This document shows, one piece after another, positions 31,430 through 41,574 of a stretch of 64,000 bases of DNA. Numbering within the stretch: position 1 is the first letter of the stretch; each line of letters starts with the position of its first letter. The position numbers were made by a program, and so were the translations under genes. The stretch spans positions 32,001 to 96,000 of the forward strand of contig CAVUPH010000015.1 in assembly GCA_963743305.1 (NCBI GenBank), in the 5' to 3' direction. The stretch comes from an uncultured delta proteobacterium (GTDB lineage Bacteria > Desulfobacterota > RBG-13-43-22). The notes beneath the pieces are model-generated. The model was not told the origin of the DNA. It did no database searches and saw only the letters and a program-made list of their open reading frames with translations.

Positions 31430-31527
31430 TGTTCCTTCTCCAAAAGCTGTGAGTTGCTTATCCCCTAATGGCTATTCGTAGATTGTTGAAGGCCGAAGGC
31501 CGTTATATAAATTTTTCGAAGAAAAAT

Positions 31528-32683
31528 TTATTTGGCTGTTACGCTTTCCGGCAGCCGTCGGGTGAGTATATCCACGGTTTCTTCGACCAGATCCTCCAGT
31601 ACCTGACGGGCGGGTTTGATCTCCTTGATCAACCCGGAGATCTGGCCGGCGAGGCCGCCTACGTATTCGTCCTGGTTGGCCTCCACGAAGGCCCCTAACA
31701 GCGCGGAAGAAATCAACACCTGGGAAGGAAACGGCAGGGGCTCCAGGCCGGATTGATCCCAGAGATCATGGTACCGGTTGTAACTGGCCCGCAAGGTCTT
31801 GCCCGAATAAGCCCGGCTGACCCGGGTATCCTCATCGGTGGATTCGATGATCCGGCGCTTGTTCACATCCAGGGCCCCGCCCTCGTTGGTGGCCAGGAAC
31901 CGGGTTCCCACCCAGACCCCGATGCAGCCCATGGCCAGGGCCGCGGCCACACCGCGACCGTCGCCGATGCCGCCGGCGGCCAGCACGGGAACCGGGAAGG
32001 CGGCATCCATGGCCTGAGGCAGCAAGGCCATGGTCCCGATCCGACCGGTGTGTCCTCCGCCCTCGTGCCCCTGGGCCACCAGGAGGTCGATACCGGACTG
32101 GGCCATCCGCCTGGCATTTTTGGCGTTTCCCGTAATGCCCAGCACTTTGATGCCCAGGGCATGGGCCTCCTCCACCATAAAGCCCGGGTTCCCCAATCCG
32201 GCGCAGAACAGGGGGACGCTCTCTTCGAGGCAGACCTTCACCGCCTCCAGGGGGCGCATGGTGGTGGTATTCATGCGGACCATGATCTCCGCCTCGGGCA
32301 GGACCATCTCCCGCCGGATTTTTTCGACCCAGTCCCGATGGGCCTGCGGAATGGACTGCAAGACCAGGCTGAGGGGTATCTTATCCGCCCCCGCCTGGCC
32401 GAGTCCGCCGCCCATATCCAGCTTCTGCGGCAAAAGGAGGTCCACCCCAAAGGGTTTATCGGTCAGCGTCTTGATCTGCCGGATGGCCTCTCGCAATTCA
32501 TCCACCGTGTAGCCGCTGCCGCCCAGGACCCCCAGGCCGCCGGCTTCCGAAACGGCCACCACCAGCTCCACGGGCGCGCCGGTCCGCTCGCCGATCAGCG
32601 TCGGGCCCCATGCCGGCGCTGAGAATAGGGTATTCAATCCCAAGAAGATCACAAAGTTTGGTTCGAAGCACTCGTTTGGCCAT
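31528..32683 (-). CDS. Nitronate monooxygenase/FabK-like FMN oxidoreductase (+1 frameshift ~32604)
   Basis: LLGIEYPILSAGMG, VSEAGGLG, AQGHEGGGHTG, LAAGGIGDGRG, GTRFLAT. Confidence 0.88.
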
Positions 32684-32777
32684 ATAGCCTCCTTACCTCT
32701 TCCAATGGTTAATAATTAACGATAGACTATTGATTATTAATAATTTGTTTCCCCTCATCCATGGCCTTCAGTCCCGC

Positions 32778-33843
32778 TTAACCTGCCTGTTCGACGATCT
32801 GTTGCGCGGTTTTTTCCAGTACCCGAACGCCGTGGATCAAAGCGGCAAAACGCTCATCTTTGGTCTGGCCATGAAAATAACGGTAATAGATTTGCTGAGC
32901 GATTACTGCCAGCCGAAAAACGCCGAAGCAGTAATAAAAATCGAAACAGGCGGTGTCCCGCCCGGTTTTTTCGCCATACCGGCCGATCAGTTCCTTCCGG
33001 GTCAGGGCCCCGTCAATATGGGTGGGCATGTTCCGCAGCAGGTGGGCCTCCGGGGGATCGTCTTTCTCGACCCAGTAGGCCAGCGTGTTGCCCAGGTCCA
33101 TGAGAGGGTCTCCGATGGTGGCCATCTCCCAGTCCAGGACCCCGATGATCCGGAAAGGGTCCCGGGCCTCGATCACCAGGTTGTCGAGCCGGTAATCGTT
33201 GTGGACCAGGGTCGGCCGATCGGTATCCGCCGGCATCTGCCCGGCCATCCAGGCCATGACCCCTTCAAAATCGGGGGCGTCGGGCGTTCGGGCCGCCCGG
33301 TATCTTTTGCTCCAACCTTCCACCTGCCGTCGCACATAGCCTTCCGGCTTGCCGAAATTTTCCAGCCCGATTTTTCTATAGTCAATGGAGTGAAGTTCCA
33401 CCAATACGTCCAGGAACCTTTCAAAAAGATTTCGGGCCTGTTCGGGGGTAATCACCAAACCCGGAGGAAGATCTTTTCGCAGGATCAGTCCATCGATTCG
33501 GGCCATGACATAGAACGGGCTGCCGATCACGGATTCATCTTCGGTATAGACTAGGGGTTCCGGACAATACGAATAGACCGGCCGCAGGGCCTTAAGGATC
33601 CGGTATTCCCGGCCCATATCATGGGCGGTTTTGGCCTTGGTCCCGAAAGGAGGCCGTCGCAGGACCAGATCCCGGTTTTTAAAAGAAAGCAAATAGGTCA
33701 GATTGGAAAACCCTCGGGGAAACTGCCGGACGGACAAGGGTCCCTCCAACCCGGGGACCGAAGCCTTCAAAAAAGCCTCGACCCGCGCCGGATCCAGTTC
33801 TTCTCCCGACTCGGATCGCCGTGGCCTGGTCAGTGTAATTCAT
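32778..33843 (-). CDS. APH-family phosphotransferase (LvaA / ACAD10-11 kinase-domain-like; +1 frameshift ~33811)
   Basis: QFPRGFSNLTY, LRRPP, AHDMGREY, HNDYRLDN, LDWEMATIGDPLMDL; N-terminus MNYTDQATAIR in adjacent frame. Confidence 0.9.
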
Positions 33844-33858
33844 TCCCAACCTCCCGAT

Positions 33859-34066
33859 ATTTCAAACTCGGATTCCGAATTCCGAAACAAATACAAATGG
33901 TCGAATTTCAATTTTTGAAAAGTCCCCTCCCCCTTGACGGGGGAGGGATAGGGAGCGGTGGTGAAGCCGTCGGGGTCGATAATTCGCGGGTTCACTCACC
34001 CCCGCAACGTTCGGCTGAGCTCAGTGCGAAGGGTCGTGAAGCCCCCCTCCCGTCGAGGGAGGGGAA
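33859..34066. repeat. Composite intergenic repeat: 7-mer TTCGAA-type arm plus CCCCTCCC…GGGAGGGG palindromic element
   Basis: CCCCTCCCCCTTGACGGGGGAGGG (33924) and CCCCTCCCGTCGAGGGAGGGG (34043) hairpins. Confidence 0.65.
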
Positions 34067-34078
34067 GACAGCTTAGTC

Positions 34079-35284
34079 CTATTTAATACTCTTCCCTTCA
34101 TACTCCCTCAAAATCCGGCGCGCCACGGTAACTTTGTGTACCTCGTCCACACCGTCATAGATTCGTGCGGCCCGTTCGTGACGGAAGTAGAAGGCGATGA
34201 TGGTGTCGTCGGTCATGCCCAACCCGCCGTGCACCTGCAGGGCCCGGTCTATGACTTTTTGCATGACCCCGGCCACATAAAATTTTATCAAAGAAATTTC
34301 CTCCCGGGCCTCTTTTTGTCCCTGATGCTCCATCTTCCAGGCAGCGTGGAGTACCATCAGCCGGGCCGCCTGGATTTCGGCCGCGCACTCGGCAATCCAG
34401 GTCTGGATGATCTGCCGGGTGGCCAGGGCCTTTCCGGGGGCGATCTCCCGCTTCAAAGCCCGGCCGCACATCAGGGAAAAGATACGGTTGCAGATTCCGA
34501 TCCAGCGCATGCAGTGGTGGATCCGCCCCGGTCCTAACCGCTCCTGGGCCATGACAAAGCCGGCCCCTTCGGAGCCGAGCAGGTTTTTTTGGGAAACCCG
34601 GCAGGACTGGTAAAGAATTTCGGCATGACTGGCCCAGCCGGAACCCTCGTGCCCCATGACGGGGATATTTCGGATCCGGTTGAAACCGGGCGTATCGGTG
34701 GGTACGATGATCATGCTGGCCCGCAAGTAGGGAGAGGCCTCCGGGTTGGTTACCGCCATGACGATGGCAAAGGCCGCTCCATCGGCGCTGGAGGTATACC
34801 ATTTGTGGCCGTTGATGACGTAATGGTCTCCGTCTTTTACGGCGGTGGTGTCGAGCATCACGGGGTTGGAACCGGCTAGTTCTACTTCGGTCATGGAAAA
34901 GCAACTCCGAATCTTCCCTTCCACCAGGGGATGGAGGTAGCGGGCTTTTTGATCCTCCGTGCCGTGCAGGTGCAGTATTTCAATGTTACCGGCATCGGGG
35001 GCCTGGGCCCCGAAGACGAAATGCCCCAGGGGCGACCTTCCCAGGGCTTCCGACACCAGGCCGAACTCCACCAGATCGAGCCCCAGACCGCCGTATTCCT
35101 TAGGGTGCTGGGGGGCCCACAGCTCCATCTTTTTTACCAGCCTCCGTTTTTCTTCCAACTCCGGCAGAAGCTCGATAAAATTTTTCTTCAGATATTCGGG
35201 TTCCAGGGGAATGAGTTCCTTGTCCACGAACTCATTCATCATTTCGAGAATAGCCTGCATCTTTTCTGATATTTCAAAATCCAT
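34079..35284 (-). CDS. Acyl-CoA dehydrogenase, ACAD10/11 / LvaC-like (Asp at catalytic position)
   Basis: QAPDAGNIEIL, RSCFSMTE, QERLGPGRIHHCMR, ARIYDGVDEVH. Confidence 0.92.
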   Translation of the reverse strand: MDFEISEKMQAILEMMNEFVDKELIPLEPEYLKKNFIELLPELEEKRRLVKKMELWAPQHPKEYGGLGLDLVEFGLVSEALGRSPLGHFVFGAQAPDAGNIEILHLHGTEDQKARYLHPLVEGKIRSCFSMTEVELAGSNPVMLDTTAVKDGDHYVINGHKWYTSSADGAAFAIVMAVTNPEASPYLRASMIIVPTDTPGFNRIRNIPVMGHEGSGWASHAEILYQSCRVSQKNLLGSEGAGFVMAQERLGPGRIHHCMRWIGICNRIFSLMCGRALKREIAPGKALATRQIIQTWIAECAAEIQAARLMVLHAAWKMEHQGQKEAREEISLIKFYVAGVMQKVIDRALQVHGGLGMTDDTIIAFYFRHERAARIYDGVDEVHKVTVARRILREYEGKSIK

Positions 35285-35382
35285 GATTCACTCCTAATCC
35301 TCTTGAGGTTTTATATTACTCTCTTCTGTCTTCTCTCCTCTTCCATCTTTCCCCTTCCATCTGTTTTTTGCCCCCCGCCTCC

Positions 35383-36090
35383 CTACCTGAAAGTAAGCAG
35401 GCCGGGTTCTTTTTCTACTTCCAGGTGGGCCACGTTGTTGAAGGAAGACAACGTCAAACGGTCGCGGTTATATTTGAAGGTGGAGACGGAGGCGTTTCGA
35501 ACCTGCCAGGACAATTGAACCGTCTCTCGATCCGACAGAGACAAGGCCATTTTCAAGATGGCCGACAACGGCCCTCCCGAAGTGACCAGGGCCACGGTCT
35601 TTCCCGGGCCGCTGGCCGACAGGATGCGCCTGATTCCTTCCCGGACTCGCCGGTTAAAGTCCGACCAGGATTCCAGATCCCCGGCTTCCGGCGATTCGGC
35701 CATCCAGCGGGAAAGAGACCGGTCCAGAATCCGCTGCAGGGCTCGACGATCGGTCTGGAGGCGTGGGAGGTCCTGCTCCAGGGAGGGGTCCTCCCGGATC
35801 AGGTGCGGAAGCTGTGTCCGGATCACGGCCGAGGAATCGTACTCATTGAATTCCGGCAGGATGGACAATTCCGATTGAGGGACGTTAGGCCGGAAGCAGG
35901 ACCGAAGCGGTTCGGCCGTAGCCACCTGTCGTTTCAGGGAGCCGGAATAGATGGCCTCAAACCGCGTGCCGATCCGGTTTAAAAAAGTCTCGAGCAAGCG
36001 GGCCTGCCGGATCCCCAGTTCGGAAAGACGGTCATAATCGGTCTGCCCGAATGATGCCTGGGCATGCCGGATAACGTAAAGATCTCCCAA
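35383..36090 (-). CDS. Histidine phosphatase family protein
   Basis: IRHAQASFG..DYDRLSELG, SGSLKRQ, FNEYD, VTSGG, RNAS, FNNVAHL. Confidence 0.9.
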   Translation of the reverse strand: MGDLYVIRHAQASFGQTDYDRLSELGIRQARLLETFLNRIGTRFEAIYSGSLKRQVATAEPLRSCFRPNVPQSELSILPEFNEYDSSAVIRTQLPHLIREDPSLEQDLPRLQTDRRALQRILDRSLSRWMAESPEAGDLESWSDFNRRVREGIRRILSASGPGKTVALVTSGGPLSAILKMALSLSDRETVQLSWQVRNASVSTFKYNRDRLTLSSFNNVAHLEVEKEPGLLTFR

Positions 36091-36144
36091 TCAATTCACC
36101 TTTTAAATGACCAGAACGGATTATTTCGAAAAAGCTGCCAAGGT

Positions 36145-36234
36145 TGTCATTGCGAGGAGTGAAGCGACGAAGCAATCTCGCATTATTCGAATAGTAGCAT
36201 GGGTGGGGATTGCTTCGCTTCGCTCGCAATGACA
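36145..36234. repeat. Palindromic repeat family A copy
   Basis: TGTCATTGCGAGGAGTGAAGCGACGAAGCAATC…GATTGCTTCGCTTCGCTCGCAATGACA. Confidence 0.85.
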
Positions 36235-36309
36235 GGCGTTTTTGACTTTTTCCAAGCTCATCCAGTTTTTTTTCGTGGTTCGAGTTTCGGATTTCGTGCT
36301 TTGAGTTTA

Positions 36310-37632
36310 TTAGGAGACCTTGAAAAAAGCTTCTTCAAACTCCGGGCGGCCGGCGTAACGCTTCAAGTAAAAACCCGGGGCCAGATCGATATCCTCAAAG
36401 AATTTTTCTTTGACCTCGATTCCGGACTGCTGCAGGGCCTGGACCAATTCATTCCTGGATGGAGGGCAGCCTTTCACCGGGATCATTTCCCGAATATCGG
36501 GATGGTCTTTATTGGCCTGAACCATGCATTTCCCCAGGAGGATAGTCTTCTTCATGCCGGGGGTGGGTTTCATGGCCTTGCCGGTAAGGATTTCCACTTC
36601 ATCCCAGGGGCTTCCCTTCCAGGCCTTGGCGATGGCCATGAGGATTACCCGAGTCAGCCCGGAACAATACGTACACATGGTCAAATCGTATTTTTTGTAG
36701 GAGAGGCCCCGGATGCCCATTTCGGCCATGGGTCGGGGCAGGGTGCCGGCTTCGTTATACGGAAAATAATATTCGTGACGGGCCGCCACCGCCTCGACCT
36801 TTTCCCCGACCACCTCTATTCCCGACAGATCCGGTTGCCGGCCCTGGATTCCGGCGGCGTGAACCAGATGGGGGACCTCGGCCGGTTCATAACCCAGGAT
36901 CTTGGCGCCCACAAAATCGGCTGACAAGATATCCGCCGAGGCAACCAGGAGGTTGCTGCGTCGGATCGTCCCATCGAACCCGGGGCCCCGCTCATTGGTG
37001 TAAATCCCGTCCAGCACGGTCAGACAGGGAGGAACGGCCTTAGCCAGTCGGCCGACCATATAATGCAAATCTTTTTGGGGATCGGCCCCATGACATTTTT
37101 TACGGGAGTTGATATTGATCAGTCCCTTCAGGTTTTTGATCCCCAGGGAGACAACGGCCTGGGCATGGGTTTTCAGGACCGGCAGATCGACCAGGAAGTC
37201 GCTTTCCAGAAAATCGACGTTGAAGTGCAGGGCCACTCCGTCCCCGAGATCCACTTTTTTAAAAGGACGTTCCAGAACGTTGACCACCCGGACCCCATAC
37301 CTTTTTTTCAGCCGGTTATAACCCAGCGTTTCAAAGGCATGGGCTGGGGTTTCCGGGTCCTTGACCGTACGGGTGACCATTCCTTCCCCGATGGTAATGT
37401 CCTCGATCCCTTTTTCTTGCAGCAGGTGGACCAGGTCTTCTACCACCCGGGAAGTGGTGATCACCCCCCATTTGGGAAAAGGGGTGAAGCGGGTCCAGAA
37501 AACGATGTTCGGTTTGATGAACACCCGGGCCTGGGAGGGCAGGTGATCCAGACCGCGGCAGAGCTCGACGGCCCGGCGCACCGATTCCAGGGGTTTTTCA
37601 TAGCGGACAATGGAAACCAAGGAGGGATTCAT
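36310..37632 (-). CDS. DUF362 domain protein with C-terminal Fe-S motif (paralog 1)
   Basis: FIKPN, IGEG, DLPVLKTH, SLGIKNLKG; C-terminal CTYC…GKC…GCPP. Confidence 0.82.
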   Translation of the reverse strand: MNPSLVSIVRYEKPLESVRRAVELCRGLDHLPSQARVFIKPNIVFWTRFTPFPKWGVITTSRVVEDLVHLLQEKGIEDITIGEGMVTRTVKDPETPAHAFETLGYNRLKKRYGVRVVNVLERPFKKVDLGDGVALHFNVDFLESDFLVDLPVLKTHAQAVVSLGIKNLKGLININSRKKCHGADPQKDLHYMVGRLAKAVPPCLTVLDGIYTNERGPGFDGTIRRSNLLVASADILSADFVGAKILGYEPAEVPHLVHAAGIQGRQPDLSGIEVVGEKVEAVAARHEYYFPYNEAGTLPRPMAEMGIRGLSYKKYDLTMCTYCSGLTRVILMAIAKAWKGSPWDEVEILTGKAMKPTPGMKKTILLGKCMVQANKDHPDIREMIPVKGCPPSRNELVQALQQSGIEVKEKFFEDIDLAPGFYLKRYAGRPEFEEAFFKVS

Positions 37633-37668
37633 AGGACCTCTATTTATCATTTCGAAATACAAATCGCC

Positions 37669-37747
37669 GGTTAGGGAGAGGGAACGAAACCCAACAGTAC
37701 AGCAGGCTCCCTACCCGTTGGGTTTCGCATTGTTTTACCTAACCTAC
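37669..37747. repeat. REP-like inverted pair
   Basis: GGTTAGG…CGAAACCCAAC / GTTGGGTTTCG…CCTAACCTAC. Confidence 0.65.
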
Positions 37748-37834
37748 CAAAGGCACAATTTTCAATAATCAATTGTCAATTAACAATTAAGAATTGATTA
37801 TTGATTTTGATTATTAAGTTTTCGCCTGGTTTTT

Positions 37835-39046
37835 TTACCAGTCATAGTCTTCCTTCTCGATAACGGTAGCCACCCCCTGGCCGCCACCAACGCAGGCATT
37901 GGCCAAACCGTAGCGTTTGCCCTTGAGGTTCAGGGTCCGGGCCAGGGTTCCCACCAAACGGATGCCGGTAGCCCCCAGCGCGTGGCCGATAGCCGTACCG
38001 CCGCCCATGGCATTCACCTTTTCCGGGTCGAGGCCCAGTTCCTTGATACAGTTCAGGACCACGATACAGAAGGCTTCATTGATTTCCCAAAAATCGATGT
38101 CCGAGGCCTTCAATCCCGCCTTTTCCAGGGCCATCTTGCTGGCCGGAACCGGTCCCGCCCCCATGATGGTCGGGTCCACCCCGGCAATGCCCATGGACCG
38201 GATAGTCGCCAGGGGCTTGATCCCTTTCTTCTTGGCCGTTTCCTTGGACATGAGCACCATACTGCTGGCGGCGGCGTTGAGGGGGGAGGAATTTCCCGGA
38301 GTGATGACCCCGTCTTTCTTGAAAGCCGGCCGCAGACCGGCCAGCCCTTCCAGGGTTGTGTCGCCCCGGACGGCTTGATCCTTGTCGACCGTCAGGATTG
38401 TTCCGTCGGCTTGTTCGGCCTCTACGGGCAGGATCTCCCCCGCCAGAAACCCATCGGCCTGGGACTGGGCCGCCCTTTGATGGGAGCGAACGCCCCATTG
38501 ATCCAGATCCTCCTTGGTAAGGCCGGACTGAGCGAATAGCTTTTCCGCCGTCAGCCCCATGTTGGTGGACGTCATCATGTCCCAGTGCAGGTAGGCCGGG
38601 TCCGTATAAAGCGCCATATTCGGGACGATATGTCCCCGATCGATGGTGGCCAGGCCCATGGGCACCCGGGTCATGTTTTCATAGCCTCCGGTCAGGACGA
38701 TATCGCAGAATCCCTGGGCGATCTCCATAAACCCGACATGAATGGCCGCCATGGAAGACCCGCACTGCTGGTCCACAAACTTGGCCGGAATCGTTTCCGG
38801 AAAATTGGCCAGGAAGATAGGGTTGCGCCCTCCATAGGCCCACTGCTCGCCCACGGCCGTGGCGCAGCCGACGACAAAATCATTGATCTCTTTGGGCTCC
38901 AATCCGGTCCTCTTGACGACCTCGGGCAGGAGTTTGGCGAGGAGCTCATCTCCCCGCATCTTGCAAAACACGTCCCGGGCCGGGTCGTTGGGCCGGGATC
39001 GGGACTGGGCTGTTCTTAAATATCCGGCAATCACTACTTCCTTCAT
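37835..39046 (-). CDS. Acetyl-CoA C-acyltransferase (thiolase)
   Basis: QQCGSS, TPGNSSP, NEAF, GHALG, CVGGG. Confidence 0.93.
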   Translation of the reverse strand: MKEVVIAGYLRTAQSRSRPNDPARDVFCKMRGDELLAKLLPEVVKRTGLEPKEINDFVVGCATAVGEQWAYGGRNPIFLANFPETIPAKFVDQQCGSSMAAIHVGFMEIAQGFCDIVLTGGYENMTRVPMGLATIDRGHIVPNMALYTDPAYLHWDMMTSTNMGLTAEKLFAQSGLTKEDLDQWGVRSHQRAAQSQADGFLAGEILPVEAEQADGTILTVDKDQAVRGDTTLEGLAGLRPAFKKDGVITPGNSSPLNAAASSMVLMSKETAKKKGIKPLATIRSMGIAGVDPTIMGAGPVPASKMALEKAGLKASDIDFWEINEAFCIVVLNCIKELGLDPEKVNAMGGGTAIGHALGATGIRLVGTLARTLNLKGKRYGLANACVGGGQGVATVIEKEDYDW

Positions 39047-39139
39047 ACTTTGTTCCTCCCTTTTTCACCGCAAAGGCGCCAAGGACTCGCGATGATTTTA
39101 TTTTTAACTTTCGTGGCTTCACAGAAAGCCTGAAAACCC

Positions 39140-39240
39140 GTCATTGCGAGCGAAGCGAAGCAATCTCGTCTTTAGCAATTTGTGGCTCACAAATGAGCTC
39201 ACGGGGGGATTGCTTCGTCGCTTCACTCCTCGCAATGACA
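39140..39240. repeat. Palindromic repeat family A copy
   Basis: GTCATTGCGAGCGAAGCGAAGCAATC…GATTGCTTCGTCGCTTCACTCCTCGCAATGACA. Confidence 0.85.
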
Positions 39241-39270
39241 TCTGGGGGGCCTTTTGTGAACACGTAATCT

Positions 39271-41400
39271 TTAATCCTGGTAGAAAGTCTTATTCCCTTC
39301 GGCCATTTCTTTCAATAGCTGGGCCGGCCGGAAGCGAAAGCCATATTGCTTCTCCAGGGCCAGCAACTTTTCATAGACGTTCTTGACCCCCCATTGATCA
39401 GCATAACGCAGAATCCCGCCCCGGTAAGGTGGAAATCCAGTGCCATAGATCATGGCCAGATCCATATCCCAGGGCCGGTCACAAATCCCTTCCTCAATCA
39501 TCAGAGCGGCCTCGTTGATGGCCAGGGCCAGCATCGTGTCCACGACTTCCTGATAGCTTATCTTCTTAGGGGTGACCGCATTTTCCTTCCAATACTGCTG
39601 AACCACTTCGGCGATTTTCGGGTTAGGGGTTACGGTCTTGCCCTGGTAAATGAAATAACCCGAGCCGGTTTTACGGCCATAGCAGCCGGTCTGATAAATC
39701 CGCTCCGTGAGAGGGTGAATTTTGTAGCGTTCACCCAGCCGCTGCTCAAAAGTTTTGTTGACGTGGTAGTTGATATCGATCCCGGTCAGGTCGGCCAGGG
39801 TGGCCGGGCCCATGGGCATACCGAAATCCATCATGGCCTCTTCGATGATCCGGCCCTCTACCCCGTCAGCCACCAGGAACACGGACCCGCCCATTAGGCC
39901 GCCGAGCTGCCGGGAGACATAGAAACCCGGCCCGTCGTTGACGACGATAGGTATTTTCTTGATATTCCGGCCGAAGGCCACGCCGCTGGCCAGGGTCGGG
40001 TCCGAGGTCTGCTGGGCGCAGATGATTTCCAGAAGCTGCATCCGGTGGGCCGGGTTGAAGAAATGCAGGCCGATCATCCGGCCGGGGTCCTTCAGGACCG
40101 AGGCCATTTCAGTGATCGGCAGGGCGCTGGTATTGGTCCCGAAGATCACCTCGGGACGGCAGATCCCCTCCAGCTTTAACCAGATGTCCTGTTTGACCTT
40201 CATGTTCTCCAACACCGCCTCGATCACCAGGTCCACGTCCTTCAAATCCTCCAGGGCGGTAGTGGTGGTCAGCCGGGCCTGGATCATTCTTTCCAGGTCG
40301 GCCGGGGTCAGCTTCTTTTTCTTGATCGGGTACTCAAAGGTTTTCCGGATGGCGGCCACCCCCTTCTCGAGGGCGCCGTCGTTGATATCCCAGAGGACCG
40401 CTTCGAAGCCGCCCACCAGCAGGAGGTTGACGATTCCGGAACCCATGACCCCGCCGCCCAGCATGGCCACTTTTTTGATTTTCGCCGGTTCCAGGCCCTT
40501 GATCCGGGGCAGCCGCCCGGCCGCCCGGGTGTTCAGGAAGATGCCGATCAGGTTCCTACACACATCGGTCAAGGCGCACTCGCTGAAGAGCTCCACTTCA
40601 CGTTCGATATCCGCTTCGATGTCGAAGCCCAACCCCTTTTCCACGGCCTCGATGGCTTTGAAAGGCGCGATGTAGCCCTTGGCCTTGTTCATGGTCATCA
40701 TCTTGACATAGTTGAGGAAGGGCTTTTTCTCCGCGGCGCTGGGCAACCGGTCGATCTTGTTTCGGGTCCGGCGCAGGTCCAGCCGGGGCCGCCCGGAGAG
40801 AAACCGCTCGGCCGCCTTTAACGCGGCTTCGATCAGCTTTTCCGCAGGGACAACTTCATCCACCAGGCCTCGCTGCAAGGCCTTTTCGGCCTTGATCGGA
40901 GCGCCGGTGGTGATCATCTCGATGGCGTTGGGCAGGCCGATCAGTCGGGGCAGTCGCTGGGTACCGCCGGCTCCCGGAATCAGGCCGATTTGCACCTCGG
41001 GCTGCCCCAGGTTGACCCCCGGCGTGGCCACCCGGTAATGGCCGGCCATGGCCGTCTCCAACCCTCCGCCCAGACAGTTCCCGTTAATGGCGGCGATGAC
41101 CGGCTTGGGGGCCATCTCGATCCAGTTCAGGAAGCGGGCCGCCTCCAGGGCCGGCCCAAATATATCTTCCCTCTTTTTAACCAGTTGCAGCCGGGTGATA
41201 TCCGCCCCGGCAATGAAATTCTTTCCGGTGCCGGTCAGGACGATGGCCTTGACGTCCCCATCCTGCATGGCTTCACGGATAGCCTCCCCGAAGTCCTGCA
41301 TCAATTGAGGGGACATCTGGTTCACCGGGGGGTTGTCTAGCGTTAGAATCGCCACCCCGTTTTGCTGTGTCACTTTTACAGTCTGGTAATCAGTTTTCAT
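39271..41400 (-). CDS. Multifunctional enoyl-CoA hydratase / 3-hydroxyacyl-CoA dehydrogenase (FadB/FadJ-like)
   Basis: FIAGADI, CLGGGLE, QPEVQIGLIPGAGGTQRLPR; GGGVMGSGI, NTSAL, GLHFFNP. Confidence 0.93.
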   Translation of the reverse strand: MKTDYQTVKVTQQNGVAILTLDNPPVNQMSPQLMQDFGEAIREAMQDGDVKAIVLTGTGKNFIAGADITRLQLVKKREDIFGPALEAARFLNWIEMAPKPVIAAINGNCLGGGLETAMAGHYRVATPGVNLGQPEVQIGLIPGAGGTQRLPRLIGLPNAIEMITTGAPIKAEKALQRGLVDEVVPAEKLIEAALKAAERFLSGRPRLDLRRTRNKIDRLPSAAEKKPFLNYVKMMTMNKAKGYIAPFKAIEAVEKGLGFDIEADIEREVELFSECALTDVCRNLIGIFLNTRAAGRLPRIKGLEPAKIKKVAMLGGGVMGSGIVNLLLVGGFEAVLWDINDGALEKGVAAIRKTFEYPIKKKKLTPADLERMIQARLTTTTALEDLKDVDLVIEAVLENMKVKQDIWLKLEGICRPEVIFGTNTSALPITEMASVLKDPGRMIGLHFFNPAHRMQLLEIICAQQTSDPTLASGVAFGRNIKKIPIVVNDGPGFYVSRQLGGLMGGSVFLVADGVEGRIIEEAMMDFGMPMGPATLADLTGIDINYHVNKTFEQRLGERYKIHPLTERIYQTGCYGRKTGSGYFIYQGKTVTPNPKIAEVVQQYWKENAVTPKKISYQEVVDTMLALAINEAALMIEEGICDRPWDMDLAMIYGTGFPPYRGGILRYADQWGVKNVYEKLLALEKQYGFRFRPAQLLKEMAEGNKTFYQD

Positions 41401-41486
41401 AGGCAATAACTCCATCTATTTTTATGATTGCGGTTATTTATTTCTTGATAATTTCGCAAAACGTACATAAACACGAGGCCAATTAT

Positions 41487-41574
41487 TGTCATGGCGAGCG
41501 AAGCGAAGCAATCCCCACTGCGGCTCATAATTGACTATGGGGGATTGCTTCATCGCTTCACTCCTCGCAATGAC
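41487..41574. repeat. Palindromic repeat family A copy
   Basis: TGTCATGGCGAGCGAAGCGAAGCAATCCCC…GGGGATTGCTTCATCGCTTCACTCCTCGCAATGAC. Confidence 0.85.

Noticed and set aside
29801-31468. Long antisense ORFs (e.g. 555 aa here, 453 aa at 41531-42892, 333 aa at 28064-29065)
   Set aside because: Shadow frames opposite well-supported genes in GC-rich DNA; no motifs
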